A stretch of 64,000 nucleotides of DNA, taken from contig CAWJTV010000028.1 in assembly GCA_963845755.1 (NCBI GenBank), positions 96,001 to 160,000 on the forward strand. Direction: 5' to 3'. This DNA comes from an uncultured Planctomycetota bacterium (GTDB lineage: Bacteria > Planctomycetota > Planctomycetia > Isosphaerales > Isosphaeraceae). Positions 33,014 to 45,592 of the stretch are shown in pieces. Each line of letters begins with the position of its first letter. Positions within the stretch are counted from its first letter, which is position 1. The translations under genes were made by a program, and so were the position numbers. The notes below the pieces were generated by a model. The model saw nothing but the letters and a program-made list of their open reading frames with translations. It did no database searches and was not told where the DNA came from.

Positions 33014-33376
33014 TCAGATATCTTCGAGATCCTCCTCTTCCTCTTCATCATCCAGCTCGTCGAGGTCCTCATCCTCGTCGAAATCGTCGTCCTCCTCATC
33101 AATATCAATATCGTCGATTTCGTCGTCGAGTTCTTCGTCAATCTCTTCCTCGTCCTCGTCGTCGAAATCCTCGTCGTCAAAATCCTCATCCTCGTCGTCG
33201 AAGTCTTCGTCGTCGTCGAGATCCTCGTCGTCGTCGAAGGCTTCATCGTCCACGTCCGCCTCCTCGTCGGGATGGCGCCCGAACAATGGGGGGGGAGAGT
33301 CCAGCCAACCCTCGGACGAAGCGGTGACGGCGGTGGGGTTGGCGACCGTTTCGAGTAGTTCCTGACAGTCCAGCAT
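33014..33376 (-). CDS. Small extremely acidic protein
   Basis: The C-terminal two-thirds is almost only D/E with spaced F/L/I; start uncertain. Confidence 0.6.
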   Translation of the reverse strand: MLDCQELLETVANPTAVTASSEGWLDSPPPLFGRHPDEEADVDDEAFDDDEDLDDDEDFDDEDEDFDDEDFDDEDEEEIDEELDDEIDDIDIDEEDDDFDEDEDLDELDDEEEEEDLEDI

Positions 33377-33806
33377 AGAATCAGTCCTCAGACCAAGGGA
33401 GTTCATCGGAGAATCGCCCCTGACCAACGCGCTGCCAATGGCCGATTCGCCCTTGTGTGAACCCGCAACGAGTGAAGGGCGGAGCCATAGTCGTAGTCAG
33501 CCGGGGGCTTCATTGTCAAGTATCGAAATCACGGGGATTCCGACGAACGGAGGCTTGTGGATCCGGCGCGAGCTCAGGCGACCGAAATCATGCAGCTTGG
33601 GGACCTTCAGTTCGCTTGCTAACCGAATTGGTCGGCATGCTCCCCGGGGGACCTTGAGAGTCTCTCCGGGGTTGTTCCATTCCCGTTGGATGAGTCGCCC
33701 AGCAGCCCGACCGGAGAGTACCCCGGTCCGAATTGTGGTCGATCATGACGAGCCCGAAGCGAGCGAGTGACCGCGCCTCCTTTCCGATTCCTATCGGTGT
33801 AATCGT

Positions 33807-34813
33807 TCAGATGAGCCGCACGATCTGTCGAGTGGCGGCGGACCTCGCTACGGCCTCAAGGAGACGTACGGTCTCGAGAGCCTCATCGGCTGGGCAGCAC
33901 AATGCCGTCTGATTCTTCAGAGCGGCAACGAAATCGCTATCGATGGACGCGGTGAGTGGTGCCAGGGGGATCTCGTGAAGGGGAGCGCCGGGCCGATCCT
34001 CCTCGAGAGCTCGGTCGGAGGCGCGCAGCCGCCCCTGTTCGCCGTAATAGTCCAGGACAAACCGGGCTCCGGGCGAGACACCGGAGATCGCCATCGTGAC
34101 GGGTGTGCCGTCAGCCAGGCGGATGGCGGCGGCCGTGACCAGGTCGATGTCAGGGTCGCGCCGATTCTGAATGGCGCCGACTTCAACCGCGACCTGGCCT
34201 GTTGTCCAGAGCAGGGAGTCGATCATGTGGACGCCGGCATCCGCGAGGATGCCTCCGTCGGCCGACTCCGGATCGAAACGCCAGGCGCTATCAGCCCGGC
34301 CGAGCGTGGTCAGCCAGGGTCGGGCGAGCAGGGCGGTAACCAGTCGTAGCGGACCGATTGCACCGGCGGCCAGCCGGCGCCGAGCTTCGACCAGGCTGGG
34401 AGCCAGTCGATACTGATGTCCCACACCGACCTGAAGATTGCGGCCGCGAGCGAGCCCCACGATATCGGCGGCTTCCTGGACACTCGTAGACAGAGGTTTC
34501 TCCATGAACACATGGCACCCCGCCTGGAGGGCGTCCATCGCCAGCCGGTAATGGGACCGGTGCGGGCTGAAGATCCCCAGTGCGTCGGCAGACGTCTGAC
34601 GCATCAGCTCGCGATGATCGGCGAAAGCCAGGACGGTCGCCCCTCCCGAGCCCGTGTGGGTCGCCGCGCAATCGGCCAGCGCCCGCGCCGCCGAGAGATC
34701 GGGGTCCGCGCAGCCAACGATCGCGACCCCATCCAGGGCCAGCAACCGGTCGAGGTGGATCCGCAGGCTGCGCCGCAGCCGGCGATCCCCATTCGCAGCG
34801 CGGATGTCTCCAT
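33807..34813 (-). CDS. Gfo/Idh/MocA family oxidoreductase (frameshift ~34760)
   Basis: MGIAGCG, HVFMEKP, VGHQYR, GGILADAGVHMID. Confidence 0.9.
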
Positions 34814-35163
34814 GGTCGCCAATCCACCTCTCACAACGCCCCGCTCCCAGGCCTCGGTTCGCCCCTCTCGCACAGGTCGAACGAAGTCGATCCAGCCTGT
34901 TCCCGGGTTGCGGTAAACTGCGGCTTCATCCCAGCAATATCACGGCCTAACGTCAAGAGTCTATCCTGACGTGTCAAGCCCTTCTTTTCAAATTATCTGG
35001 GCCCTATTCTGGCAATAACTCCACCCACACATTCATTGCCCTCGAAGGAGGCCCAGGGAAAAGCTCGCGAGCTCTCGTGACGGAAGGACTTCCATCTCGA
35101 CGATCGAGTTCCGGCGATTACCTTGACGCGAACCCGAACCGCGGTTTATCGTGTCGAAATGAT

Positions 35164-35237
35164 GGTGGGTGTGGCCTAGCGGTTAAGGCACCAGATTGTG
35201 GATCTGGATATCGCGGGTTCGAATCCCGTCACCCACC
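35164..35237 (+). tRNA. tRNA-His (GTG)
   Basis: G-1; acceptor stem GTGGGTG/CACCCAC; anticodon arm CCAGA-TTGTGGA-TCTGG; GTTCGAATC T-loop; discriminator C; CCA not encoded. Confidence 0.96.
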
Positions 35238-35673
35238 CTGGTCACAATCGCTAGTGACTGAGGAATCCGGCGTCGTCAAGATCGCAGGTCCGCCAACTTC
35301 GCAGGCAAGAATGACCAGCGCGGAAGTCTCGAGAGCATGTCTGCGTGATTGCTGGCTTTCACGTTTTGCGGATCGTAACCAGCCCGGGATCGCCAGAGAC
35401 TCGTGCGCGGCCCCTTTGTTTGAATAAGGCGCGCGAAGTGACACCAAATTAACGGCCTACCGGATCACCACGATCCCTTCGCAGGACATGCGAGAAACGT
35501 GGTGGCGATGGCTCCTTACAGGTCAAGGCGGCCTGTCCGATCAGCCAAGTCAAGGCGACCTGCCGATCAACATCATCATCCTCCAGTTCCTGACGCACGA
35601 TGCCGGCCGGCAGCAGTGGCGACCTGATGGGTCACCGACCCAAGGATGAGACGGCCCTATCGGTCGCGAAAAC

Positions 35674-38492
35674 ATGACAGAGGACCCCATGGATCCATCA
35701 TCCGCCACCCCGTCCCGGCTCGCGGACCCGGTTCGTCTTCGCGCCCAACTCGGGGTTGGCGTCCTGTTCGCGGCCTCGGGTGCATCGGGCCTGATGCTGG
35801 AGATCGTGTGGTCGCGGATGCTCGTCTGGCTCTTGGGGGCGACGACATGGTCGGTGATGACGATCCTCGTCGCCTTCATGGGTGGGCTGGGACTGGGAGG
35901 GATCCTCTGGGGGCGCTGGTCCGGACGGTCGTCTCGTCCGCTGCGACTCTTCGCCTTGATGGAGCTCGCGATCGGACTTTACAGCCTGGCGGTGCCGATC
36001 CTATTCGAATGGCTTGGCCATGTCTTCGTGATGGCGACCCAGATGGTCGGAGATTCGCCGGGAATCGTGGTGGCTATCCGCGTGATCGCGGCCGTTGCAG
36101 CACTGGCACCGCCGACTCTCCTGATGGGGGGCACCTTGCCGGTCTTGACGCGGTTCGCCGCTCGCCGCGGAGCGGAGCCTGGTCGGGCCGCGGGTTTGCT
36201 GTACGCGGCCAACACGGCGGGGGCGGTGGCTGGCTGCTCGGTGACGGGGTGCCTGCTGATCTTCCGGCTTGGCGTCATCGAGTCGAACCTGGTGGCGGCG
36301 CTGATCGATCTTGGTGTTGGCATCGCGGCGCTGTCCTTGGACCGTTGGGAGGCCGATTCTCCCGTCGATGATAGACCCCCCGGGAATACGCGGATCGCTC
36401 CGGCGGCGGCATGGGGGCGCTGCTTGTCGCCTCGATCTCGGGGTTCTGCGGGCTGGCGTACGAACTCCTCTGGTCTCGCGGCCTGCTGGCGGCCATGACC
36501 GACGATACGACGTATGCGTTCACGCTGATGCTGACGTCGTTTCTCGCCGGGCATGCCCTGGGCGCCACGATGGCTGGCCGGGGGGGTCGAGACCGGCAAG
36601 CCGGCCGCGACTGGGGACGACTGGGCACGGCCCAGATGCTCGCGGCCGCGGCCGCACTGCTTGCCCTACCCCTGCTTGCCATCCTACAGGAGCCGATTAG
36701 CCGGGTGTCGTTCACCGAAGGGATGAGTTTCTGGGGCGGACGGATCCCATTTCACCTGGCGATCAGCCTGGCCGTCTTCGCGCCTTCGGCGGCCTTTCTC
36801 GGGGCGAGCTTCGCGATCGCGGCCCGGCTCTACATCGGCTTCGGGCGGCAGGTGGGCGCGAGCACTGGCCGGCTTTACGGACTGAATACTCTGGCGGCCA
36901 TCGCCGGTGCGATTGTCACCACGGCCTGGCTGATCCCGAACCTGGGCACGCAGGGCGCCGTCATCTTGCTGGCCATCCTCCAGGCGCTCGTCGGTGGACT
37001 GGTGATCCTCTTCTATGGGGAATCGAGGGGAGGTTGGGCACGGCAGCGCCAGCCGCTACCGCCGGATGGGCGATCGTGGTCGCCTTGGCCTGTGGCATCA
37101 ACTATCCTCTATCGCTGACCGATATCTACGCCCGGCAAGAACCCGGCAAGCTCCTGGCGCTCGTTGAAGGGTCGGGGGCGGCCATCACCGTGCATCAGCG
37201 CGGACCGTCTGACCGTGTGATCTCGATCAACGGCGTCAATGTCGCGGGGACGAATCCGATTCTCCGGGCCACTCAGAAACTCCAGGCCCACTTGCCCGTC
37301 TGTCTGCATCCTTCACCCCGCTCGGTGCTGCAGATCGGGTTCGGATCCGGGGGCACTTGCTACTCTCTCAGCCTCCATCCCGAGGTCGAGTCGATCGATG
37401 TCGTCGAACTCAATCCCGACGTGCTCAAGGTCGCCGCAGCATGGTTCCGCGACATCCATCACGGAGTGCTCGACAACCCGCGGGTGCACGCGCGGATCGT
37501 CAACGCCAAGAGCTATGTCGTCGCCAGCGACCGGACCTACGACCTGATCCTTTCCGACTCGACACACCCCCGTTTCCGGGACAACGCCGCGCTTTACGCT
37601 CAGGATTACTTCGCCAACTGCGCGCGTCGCCTCCGTCCCGGCGGTCTCGTCTCGACCTGGCTCCCCCTCTATGGGATGTCGGTTGCGGACATCCAGGGCA
37701 TCCTCAAGAGCATCCAGTCGGTCCTTCCTCACGTCCAGATCTGGTACGCGAACCTCGAACCGCATGAGAACACGATCGTGATCGCATCTCAGGAGCCGAT
37801 CGCCATCACTCCGGATCAATTAGACCGGCGCCTTTCCGAACCGCATGTCGCAGACGACCTGGCCGAAGTGGGGATCGCTTCCACGGTCCAGGTGCTGGAC
37901 TTCTTCATGCTGGGCGATCGCGCGGTCGCCCAGTTCTCCCATTCGGGACGTCTGAACACCGACAACCATCCCCGGCTCGAGTTCCTCGCACCCCGGAGCC
38001 TTCGCCGGAGACAATCCTGGGTCGAGGACTTCGCGGCACTTCGCCAGGCGCACGAGCCGATCGACCCCTATCTCGTGAACGCCGATACCACCTGGCGAGC
38101 CCGGCTGGCGCTGGTACGCCGGGACGACCTGGAAGCTCGCCGGCCAATCCTACGAGCTCGAAAGTCACGTCCCGGACGCTTTGAAGGCGTACTCCCAGGG
38201 CGTACTCCTGAATCCGGAAGATCTCCTTGCCAAGATCCGGCTCGGCCGGCTGCGCCGCGCCCTGGAATCGGTGGGGCCAAAACGCACGGCCCCTGCCGAC
38301 GCTCGTGGCTCACGGGTATTCCGCCCGGTTCCTCCACCTCCTGCCAACGACGCGCCCATCGTAGGGAGCGGGAAAGCAGATTCCCTCGCCGTTATCGGGG
38401 AGGGCGGGGACCGGTGTTTGCACGATCCGGTCGAGATCCGGGAGCGCCTCGCGGGCGAATATCACGCAAAAGGTGTCTTGATAGAGGGGTAG
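35674..38492 (+). CDS. Fused multi-TM / spermidine-synthase-like SAM-fold protein with TPR-like tail (frameshifts ~36410, ~37050, ~38105)
   Basis: Duplicated TM halves (SGASGLMLEIVWSR..LYAANTAGA; SGFCGLAYELLWSR..LYGLNTLAA), VLQIGFGSGGT, VELNP, YDLILSD, NTDNHPRLEF; 3' end uncertain. Confidence 0.82.
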
Positions 38493-39920
38493 CCAGCCCG
38501 TCTCCTGGCTCAACAGGACGACATCCGGCGACCCGTTCGGGACCAGGACGAGATCGGTGACCGGCCCCGTCCTCAGCAAGGCATCCCAGGCCCCTTCTCC
38601 CCGTGCGAAGTCGCGCGATTGCCGATATGACTCGTCCGGGTAGACGGTCTCGCGCCTTCCGTCGATCGATACCTTCACCGCGGGCCCCAGGTGCCAGATG
38701 ACAAATTCTCCCCAGTCGAACGGGACCGCCATGTTCCCGTGAACCTGGCTTCGCTTCAAGAGCGCCACCGCCCGCGCCGGGAAAGCGAAATAATAGGGCT
38801 CGATTCGGATGCAACCAAATCGCGGGAGAGAGACGCCTATCAGGACCATGGAGGCGACGAAACACGGGGCCACGTACCCACCCGACTTGGGGACGGGCGA
38901 CGATCCGTGCGGTCGCCAGCGATTCCAGGTGTCCGCGATGTGCTCTCCCCCCTGAACAATCAGTGCCAGCGCGAAGAGCGGATAATGCCGATTAGAAAAC
39001 AGAGGGAGAGCCGCCGTGAGGCCAAGGATCAGGGACGGCGCCGGTTTGAGTGGGTGTCGGCTCCCGATCAGTCCCATGACGCCAATGGCCACGAGTCCGA
39101 GATAGAGTATTCCCGGAAAGCTCGACAATCCCAGGGGCGACCACTCGCTGATCTCGGGCCGGGGTACCGTGGCCGTGCGGAGCAGGAACCCCACCAGCTC
39201 GGCTCCGAAGGGGTTGACCAGCAGCGCGAGGACGCAAGTTATCGCCAAGAGTCCCAGGCGGCCGAGATCAACCAGGTATCCGCGCGGAGAGTCCTTGGGA
39301 TTTCGAAGGATCGAGGTGGCCCGCACTGCCATCCAGACACACACGATCCCGACTCCCGCGAGGACGCCGCCATGAAGGTTGACCCACGCCACCAACACGA
39401 CCGGCAACGCCCAGAGGCCCGTCTCACGTCCCGCCTCCGCCCAGTCTAGGAGCAGCAACACTAGAAAAAAGAGAGCATAAGTGAATATTTGAGGACGAAT
39501 CGTGCCCAGGCCCATCCGGAATGGGAGGCAGATGAGCAACAGCAAGAATACCGAAGGCCACGGCCCGAGGCCGCGACAACTCAAATGAACATAGCTGAGC
39601 CCAACGATCACGAGGCTGACGAGTACCTTGAAGGCGATCAGGCCTTGTGGCCCCAAATGGTCGTAGATCACGGCGAAGATCAGCTCCGACAACCACTCGT
39701 GATTGATCCAGGATTGTCCAGCCGTCCGATAAGAGTACGTGTCGGTCTGAATCAACGCACCCGTGCGCAAGATGTCCTGGCCGAACCGGATGTGGCCCCA
39801 AAGGTCGGGATCGGCGACGGTCTCCGAGAACCAGAACAGACAAATGCTTGCAAGCAAAGATGTTGGGCCGAGTGCCAGCCTGGAGTTAGGTCCCGTCCGC
39901 GTTGTTCTTGGCTTTTTCAT
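38310..39920 (-). CDS. Multi-TM membrane protein, possibly GT-C-fold glycosyltransferase-like
   Basis: DPDLWGHIRFG after TM1, WINHEWL, RPQIF, WVNLHGG, NPFG, ISEWSP, IDGR. The CDS is clear; the function is inferred. Confidence 0.6.
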   Translation of the reverse strand: MKKPRTTRTGPNSRLALGPTSLLASICLFWFSETVADPDLWGHIRFGQDILRTGALIQTDTYSYRTAGQSWINHEWLSELIFAVIYDHLGPQGLIAFKVLVSLVIVGLSYVHLSCRGLGPWPSVFLLLLICLPFRMGLGTIRPQIFTYALFFLVLLLLDWAEAGRETGLWALPVVLVAWVNLHGGVLAGVGIVCVWMAVRATSILRNPKDSPRGYLVDLGRLGLLAITCVLALLVNPFGAELVGFLLRTATVPRPEISEWSPLGLSSFPGILYLGLVAIGVMGLIGSRHPLKPAPSLILGLTAALPLFSNRHYPLFALALIVQGGEHIADTWNRWRPHGSSPVPKSGGYVAPCFVASMVLIGVSLPRFGCIRIEPYYFAFPARAVALLKRSQVHGNMAVPFDWGEFVIWHLGPAVKVSIDGRRETVYPDESYRQSRDFARGEGAWDALLRTGPVTDLVLVPNGSPDVVLLSQETGWLPLYQDTFCVIFAREALPDLDRIVQTPVPALPDNGEGICFPAPYDGRVVGRRWRNRAEYP

Positions 39921-40430
39921 GGCACTCTGACAGCTTGCAATTCGATGCGAACCTCGGACTAATGAGTCCGAAGGATTTCACTTTAATCGCCGACAAGTAG
40001 TTATTTCTTGAGGATTTAGGTCTATGCGACTCGTAATCGCGGAGAGGACTGTAACCGATCGCTCCCCCGAGGGCTCAGTGAGGATAGGATGGCAGTTGGT
40101 CCCGGGCTCTCCTGGAGCATGTACAAGCGTTACTATCTTTACCATGTTTCCACAGAACGTCGGCACAATCAAGGGAAACAGCAGCGGGACAATAGAGGTG
40201 ATAAACCGCCTTTCTTCTTGCTCTTGGGGATTCCTCAGGAGTATAGTATCGGATCGGACAATGCTCTCCTCTCTGTTGTCCGCGTCATCGTATTCCCATG
40301 GGCCGGAGTTGGTAGTCACCAATCAACACAAAGTCCACGGTTTTTCGTGCCGACGTCGGGACGTACTCCGATGGACAACTGCCGGATTCATCCCATGCTC
40401 CATTTCCTTCCCCTCGACTGGAGGGTCCCG

Positions 40431-41525
40431 ATGCGAACACAGAGGCCCGGCTTCACGTTGATCGAACTCCTGGTGGTGATTGCAATCATCGCTGTCCTGA
40501 TTGCGTTACTCTTGCCGGCCGTGCAGTCGGCGAGAGAGGCAGCCCGCCGCTCCCAATGCACGAACAACCTCAAACAGCTTGGGCTTGCGGTACATAACTA
40601 CATCTCCCAATTCAACGTCCTGCCCCTCCAAACCGTTTATCCGACCGCCCAGGCAATAAGCTGGGGTTGGAGTACGGCTGGCCACTGGCCCTCCTGCCGA
40701 ACCTCGAGCAGGGGACCATGTTCAACGCGTTCAATATTAACTCTGGCATATTCGGCAACTCGTCCACTCCCAATTTTGCATCGCTGGGAAATACGACGGT
40801 CGCCTACATGCAATTGAGCGTCTTGATCTGCCCCTCGGACGGGACTCGTCTCCGTCCCCAGAATCCCTACGGTGCGACCAATTACATGGGGAATCAGGGC
40901 GGGCCCGGCGCGATCCAAGCCTTTACCGGAACGATCGTCCCCACTCCCGGTACCTGGATCAGTGGCTGGGGCGATGCTCAGAACATGGGCCCGGTCGGCG
41001 TGGAGAACATCCGCGACGGCACATCGAGCACCGGCCTGTTCTGCGAGCGATTGCTCGGAATCAACGGTGGCCCGACGGTGCTGCGCTCCTCGATCGATTC
41101 CAGGCGAGCGGTCTACAACGGCACCGTCAGCATGCCCTGGCATACGACTACGCAGGCCCAGCTCATCAATTTCGTTCAAAACTGCAAGAGCCTCCCTGGT
41201 ACCACGGCGTCGGTCACGTCAGCCGGCAGTGGAGGGTACTGGGCCGCCTCTTACCCGTGGCACCTGGTCATCAACGAATACAATCACGTTATCCCTCCGA
41301 ACGGACCGAACTGCCAGAATCCCGCGGAGTATTTCGGCTCCTCCTGGCTAACCTACGTCGGGCCAACCGGCGCGGCGACGCCGAGCAGCAACCACCCTGG
41401 CGGCGTGAACATTTGCATGGCCGATGGACATGTCCAGTTCATCAAGGATTCGGTCGTCTCCGCAGCCTTGGTGGGCGCTGGGTACACGAGCCTTGGGTGA
41501 AACGATCAGCTCGGACAGCTATTGA
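40431..41525 (+). CDS. DUF1559 prepilin-type protein #3 (frameshifts ~40670, ~41460)
   Basis: [10 protein letters not shown]..., [18 protein letters not shown], ends GETISSDSY at TGA 41523-41525. Confidence 0.9.
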
Positions 41526-41999
41526 TCATACGACCACCGCCCAACCAGCGATGGACAGCAGCTTCGACTGGCAAAGTTGGGAAGGGCGGTGTTGTGAACC
41601 GGGTTTCTCTGCGGGATCGCGTTTCCTGAACTCGGTCTGGCTGGAACCTTATGACGGAGAGAGAGGCGATCTCGTTTTTTCAGCCTGTCTTCGCGTCGGA
41701 ATCAAGGCAGAGAGCCAGACCGACGTACATTCCTTGATGATGCACGTTCTCCCGAGCTGACCGACGTGACTTGCGGCAAGGCGCGACTGCAGCGAAGTAC
41801 TCAAGGGGTGCCGGAGATGAGACCCGGGTCGCGCCCTCGTCAAGGTCACGCATCACCACACCTGCCGATGTCTTTTTCATCGGGCCCTACGCCGAGTCGA
41901 ACCAAGGCCAAGATGTTCCGCGGCTCTTGAGTATCGACTCCCGAACGGCTCGAGACAATCTGTCCGTGCCTTCTTACTCTTACAACGGATTCGTCTTTC

Positions 42000-42215
42000 A
42001 TGAAGCGGTCTCGTATGTTGATTGCTGGAACCTTGGTGTCGATCGTGATGGCTGGTTGTGACGGTGGAGGGATCCAGGAAGGACCACCCACAACACCAAC
42101 AACCGCGGAAAGTGCACAGCCCAACTCCTTCAAGGATGAAATGCGGAAGAACGCGGAAAAGATGAAGAATAAGAAATCGTCGAGGCCAAAGGCTCCGGCG
42201 CCCGCCGCGGAGTAG
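42000..42215 (+). CDS. Small lipoprotein
   Basis: MKRSRMLIAGTLVSIVMAG-C, Lys-rich tail. Confidence 0.75.
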   Translation: MKRSRMLIAGTLVSIVMAGCDGGGIQEGPPTTPTTAESAQPNSFKDEMRKNAEKMKNKKSSRPKAPAPAAE

Positions 42216-42528
42216 AAACTTTCGCCGGGGAATCTTCGCGCTTTTTGCTGGCTGGCGACTCTCCGCAATTCGGAGGGCTCACGAAGCTGTCCTTGGCTCA
42301 TCGCAACCCGATCTACGATCGGGCATCGCGCGGGACGGCTCTCACTCGAAGGACATGGGCCAAATCACCGGCCCATCCGACTCAAGCCTGCGGTCGTTGG
42401 ACCGTGTCGAATCCCCTGAGGAAACAATCTCACAGCCCCATTTGGCCAGCGGAAATCCCGGAGGAATCAGGGAGAGGGATCATGATCGTTCTCAGATCGT
42501 TTCTTCGTTCTTGGAGTGCCCTGGAGCC

Positions 42529-43324
42529 ATGGAAGAATCGAGAACCGAGTCAACGTCCTCGAAGCCGGCCGCCGGCGGTGGCTCGATCGGCTCGGCCCCG
42601 CTTCGGCGAATAATCGGATCGGCGCTCGGCTGGATCTGGGGGATCGCCTTGACCGCGGGAGTCGTGGCTGGCCTCATCTCCTGGGTTGGCGGCGAGATCG
42701 CCCAGAATACTTACCAGCCACGAAGATTCCCGACCGTGGTTCCGGGTGGGGCCATCGAGATGCGTCCCACGGCTTCGTCAACGAATGTTGCCGAGTTCAA
42801 GAATGGAATCCTCATCTTTGCCATCCTCGGCGGCATCACCGGCCTGAGTATGGGGTTGTCAGGTGGTCTGGTCGGCCAGTCGCCGTACCGTGGCATGGTT
42901 GTCGGTCTCGGCGCGCTGGTGTCGGGGATGCTCGTCGGTGCCCTGATCTCCCTGGCCTTGCTTCGATTCTTCTACCGAAGCTATGTGGCCGATCCGAACG
43001 ATTTGTTGTCGCCGATCTTGATCCATGGCGGCATCTGGATGGCCATCGGCGCCGTGGGCGGATTCGCCTTCGCGCTCGGCATGGGCCGATGGCGACGGAT
43101 CCCGGCGGCGATCGATGGCGCGGTCGGCGGCTTCTTTGCCTCGATCCTCTTCCAGACCCTCACCGCGAGTTTCTTTCCCGATGCCGAATCCTTGGGCCCG
43201 TCGCCAGCCCGGCGCCTGTCCGCCTCCTGGCCATGCTCTCGGCCACCGTCCTGATCGCAGCGGGAGCGGCAAAAGGGACCCAGGGCCAAATTTCCCGGCA
43301 CGCCTCCCGCGCAGCCGATCTTGA
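42529..43324 (+). CDS. Hypothetical Gly-rich multi-TM protein (frameshift ~43195)
   Basis: About 6 hydrophobic helices in ORF 42355..43254; the last helix is in an adjacent frame; both ends approximate. Confidence 0.6.
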
Positions 43325-43376
43325 CCGACCCCGGTTCCGGCTGACGTTCCTCATCGTTCCGCGGCATGCGGGCGAA

Positions 43377-45383
43377 TCATTCCCGCCTCTTGTTCGATCG
43401 GTCTTCCCGAGCCGATAGGGGCTCCCCGGGAGAAGGCCCCTCGGCAACGAGGTCCTTGAGCCACTGCCGGTACGGCTTCAAGTAGGCCTTTTCGACCTCG
43501 GTCGAGCCGGGGTTGTGGGTCAGCACGTCGAGGAGCATCCGCCGAAAGTCTCCCACGACCTGCTTGCCCTCGGCGGAATCGATCAGGTTCACGCTCTCGA
43601 CCGGATCGCGACTCAGGTCGTAGAGCTGCTCGAGCCCCGAAGCCGTCGCGGATGTAGTGCCGGCCCGGGCCACCAACGACATCTGGACATCGCGGCGTCT
43701 GAGGCTCTTCTCGGCCTCCGGCTGCGAAACGCGGTCACGGTGGCGTGCTCGGAGAGGGCCGGCGTGATCTCCGGAGTAGCCTGTCCGGGTGCGAGGACCA
43801 GTAGGCCGCCAGCGAGCTGCCCCGGGAATGGTGAGCCGGCCGAGAGACCCAACTGGTCGACCACGGTGGCGGGCAGGTCGCGCAGGCTGACGGGTTCGGC
43901 CACGACGCGGCTCGCGGGCGCATCGGGAGAGAGGATCACCAGCGGCACGGCGATCTCGTCGAGGAAGACGTTGTTGGCGTGGAGGAAAACGCCATGATCG
44001 CCGAACGATTCGCCGTGGTCGGAGGTGATGATCACCACCGTGTTGTCGAGAAGTCCCTGGCCCTGGAGCTCGTCGAGGAGCTGTCCGAGCTGGTCGTCGA
44101 GGTAGGCGATGCAATCGTCGTAGCAGTCGCGGGCCATCCAGATGTCTCGATTCTGGAGGCTCTTCCACCCAGGATTCCCATAGTCGAGCAGGAACTCGGT
44201 AATCCCGCGGCGGCCGGGGCCTGATCCCGAAACGGCCCGCATAGCCCGCCGGCGGGATGTACGGCTCGTGGGCATCGAAGTAGTTCAAGTAGGCGAAGAA
44301 CGGGCGATCGCGTTGCCGATGGCGCAGCCAGTCCAGGAAGGAGTCGCTGATCGCGCTCCGCGTTGCGCGATTGCAAGCGGATCCATTTGGACTCGTAGAA
44401 GTCGCCGCGATAGACGATGTTCTCGAGGATCCAGCTTCCCGCGACCGTCCGGCTCAACAGCGACCGCGGGGTCAGCGGATAGTCCTCGAAATGGATGAAG
44501 CCTCGATCCAGCCTCGTCTCGTAAGTGCAGCAGAGGGTGTTCGCGGAAAACCCGGCGGTCTGATAGCCTCGTGAGGCCAGGTGCTCAGCCAGGGTGGGAA
44601 CCGGGGCATCGAGCGTGTATTTCCACTGCGAAATCACCTGGAACGGCCAGTGGCCGGTGAAGAAGCTGCTATGCGAGGGATAAGTCCAGGGGGCCGGCGC
44701 CAGGGCCATGCTGTATCGGACGCCCTTCCGCGCCCAACGCACCAGGTTGGGGGTCGTGTTCCGCGGATAGCCGTAGAGGCTCAGGTTGGCGGCCGGACGG
44801 CGTCCCACACGATCATGACGACGTTGCGGGCGTTGGAAGGCGGTGCCGGCAATCCGGCCATGCGCACGGTATTCCCGGACCGCGCGCCACCCGTTGAAAG
44901 CGCGGCCAGGATGACCAGCAGGCCAAGCAGTCCCGCCACGGAGTAACCACGCCGACCTCGGGCCGTTGATAATGCGCCGCGACGCCACCGCTGATCAGCC
45001 GGCCCAGTCCGGCGGCCAGGAGCAGGCTGGCGACGCCGTACAGGGGCATCCGCAGCAGGGCGGCCCAGATCGCGAGCGTCGCGAACAGCCACACGCCGCG
45101 CGCAGCGACATGGGCTTCGGCCGGAGCCGGTTGACCGCGGCCAGCAGCACTCCCGGGATCAGCAGCAGGACCACGTGCCCAACCGGAACGCTCCAGGGGA
45201 AATCGTGAGCGTTCGCATAGTTCTTCAGACCATTCCAGAAGTATTTCTTGAAGACGATGATGACCAGATCGAGATAACCACCGGCGAGGCCGAAGAGATC
45301 GCCAGCAGGATCGCGGCCGAGGGCGTGAGGCGGCTATGACCGGCCGGGTCCCGATTCCGCGGCTTTGGGGGAATGGTATCCAT
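43377..45383 (-). CDS. Membrane-anchored sulfatase-like enzyme #3 (multiple frameshifts)
   Basis: Fragments NVVMIVWDAVR, WTYPSHSSFFTG, YFDAHEPY, TSDHGE, VSLRDLPAT in successive frames. Confidence 0.8.
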
Positions 45384-45592
45384 CAAGGCTCGACCTTCAC
45401 GTGCGTTTTTCGGCGCAACATCGCTGGGCAACAGTGCCGTCGCTGTTCGACGGCTTGAGCCACGTAGGGTTGAGGCGCGATGGAGTCAGCGAGGAACCGA
45501 CCAGAGCCTGATTCCTACCGTATCACGTTCCAGGCGGCAGATCGAGAGATCCCGGCCAGGTGGTCCACTGTGCAACGGTCCGCTAGCGTTTC

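Noticed and set aside
32759..33358. Very hydrophobic ORF resembling a membrane protein
   Set aside because: Simply the reverse complement of GAC/GAG codons of the acidic protein.
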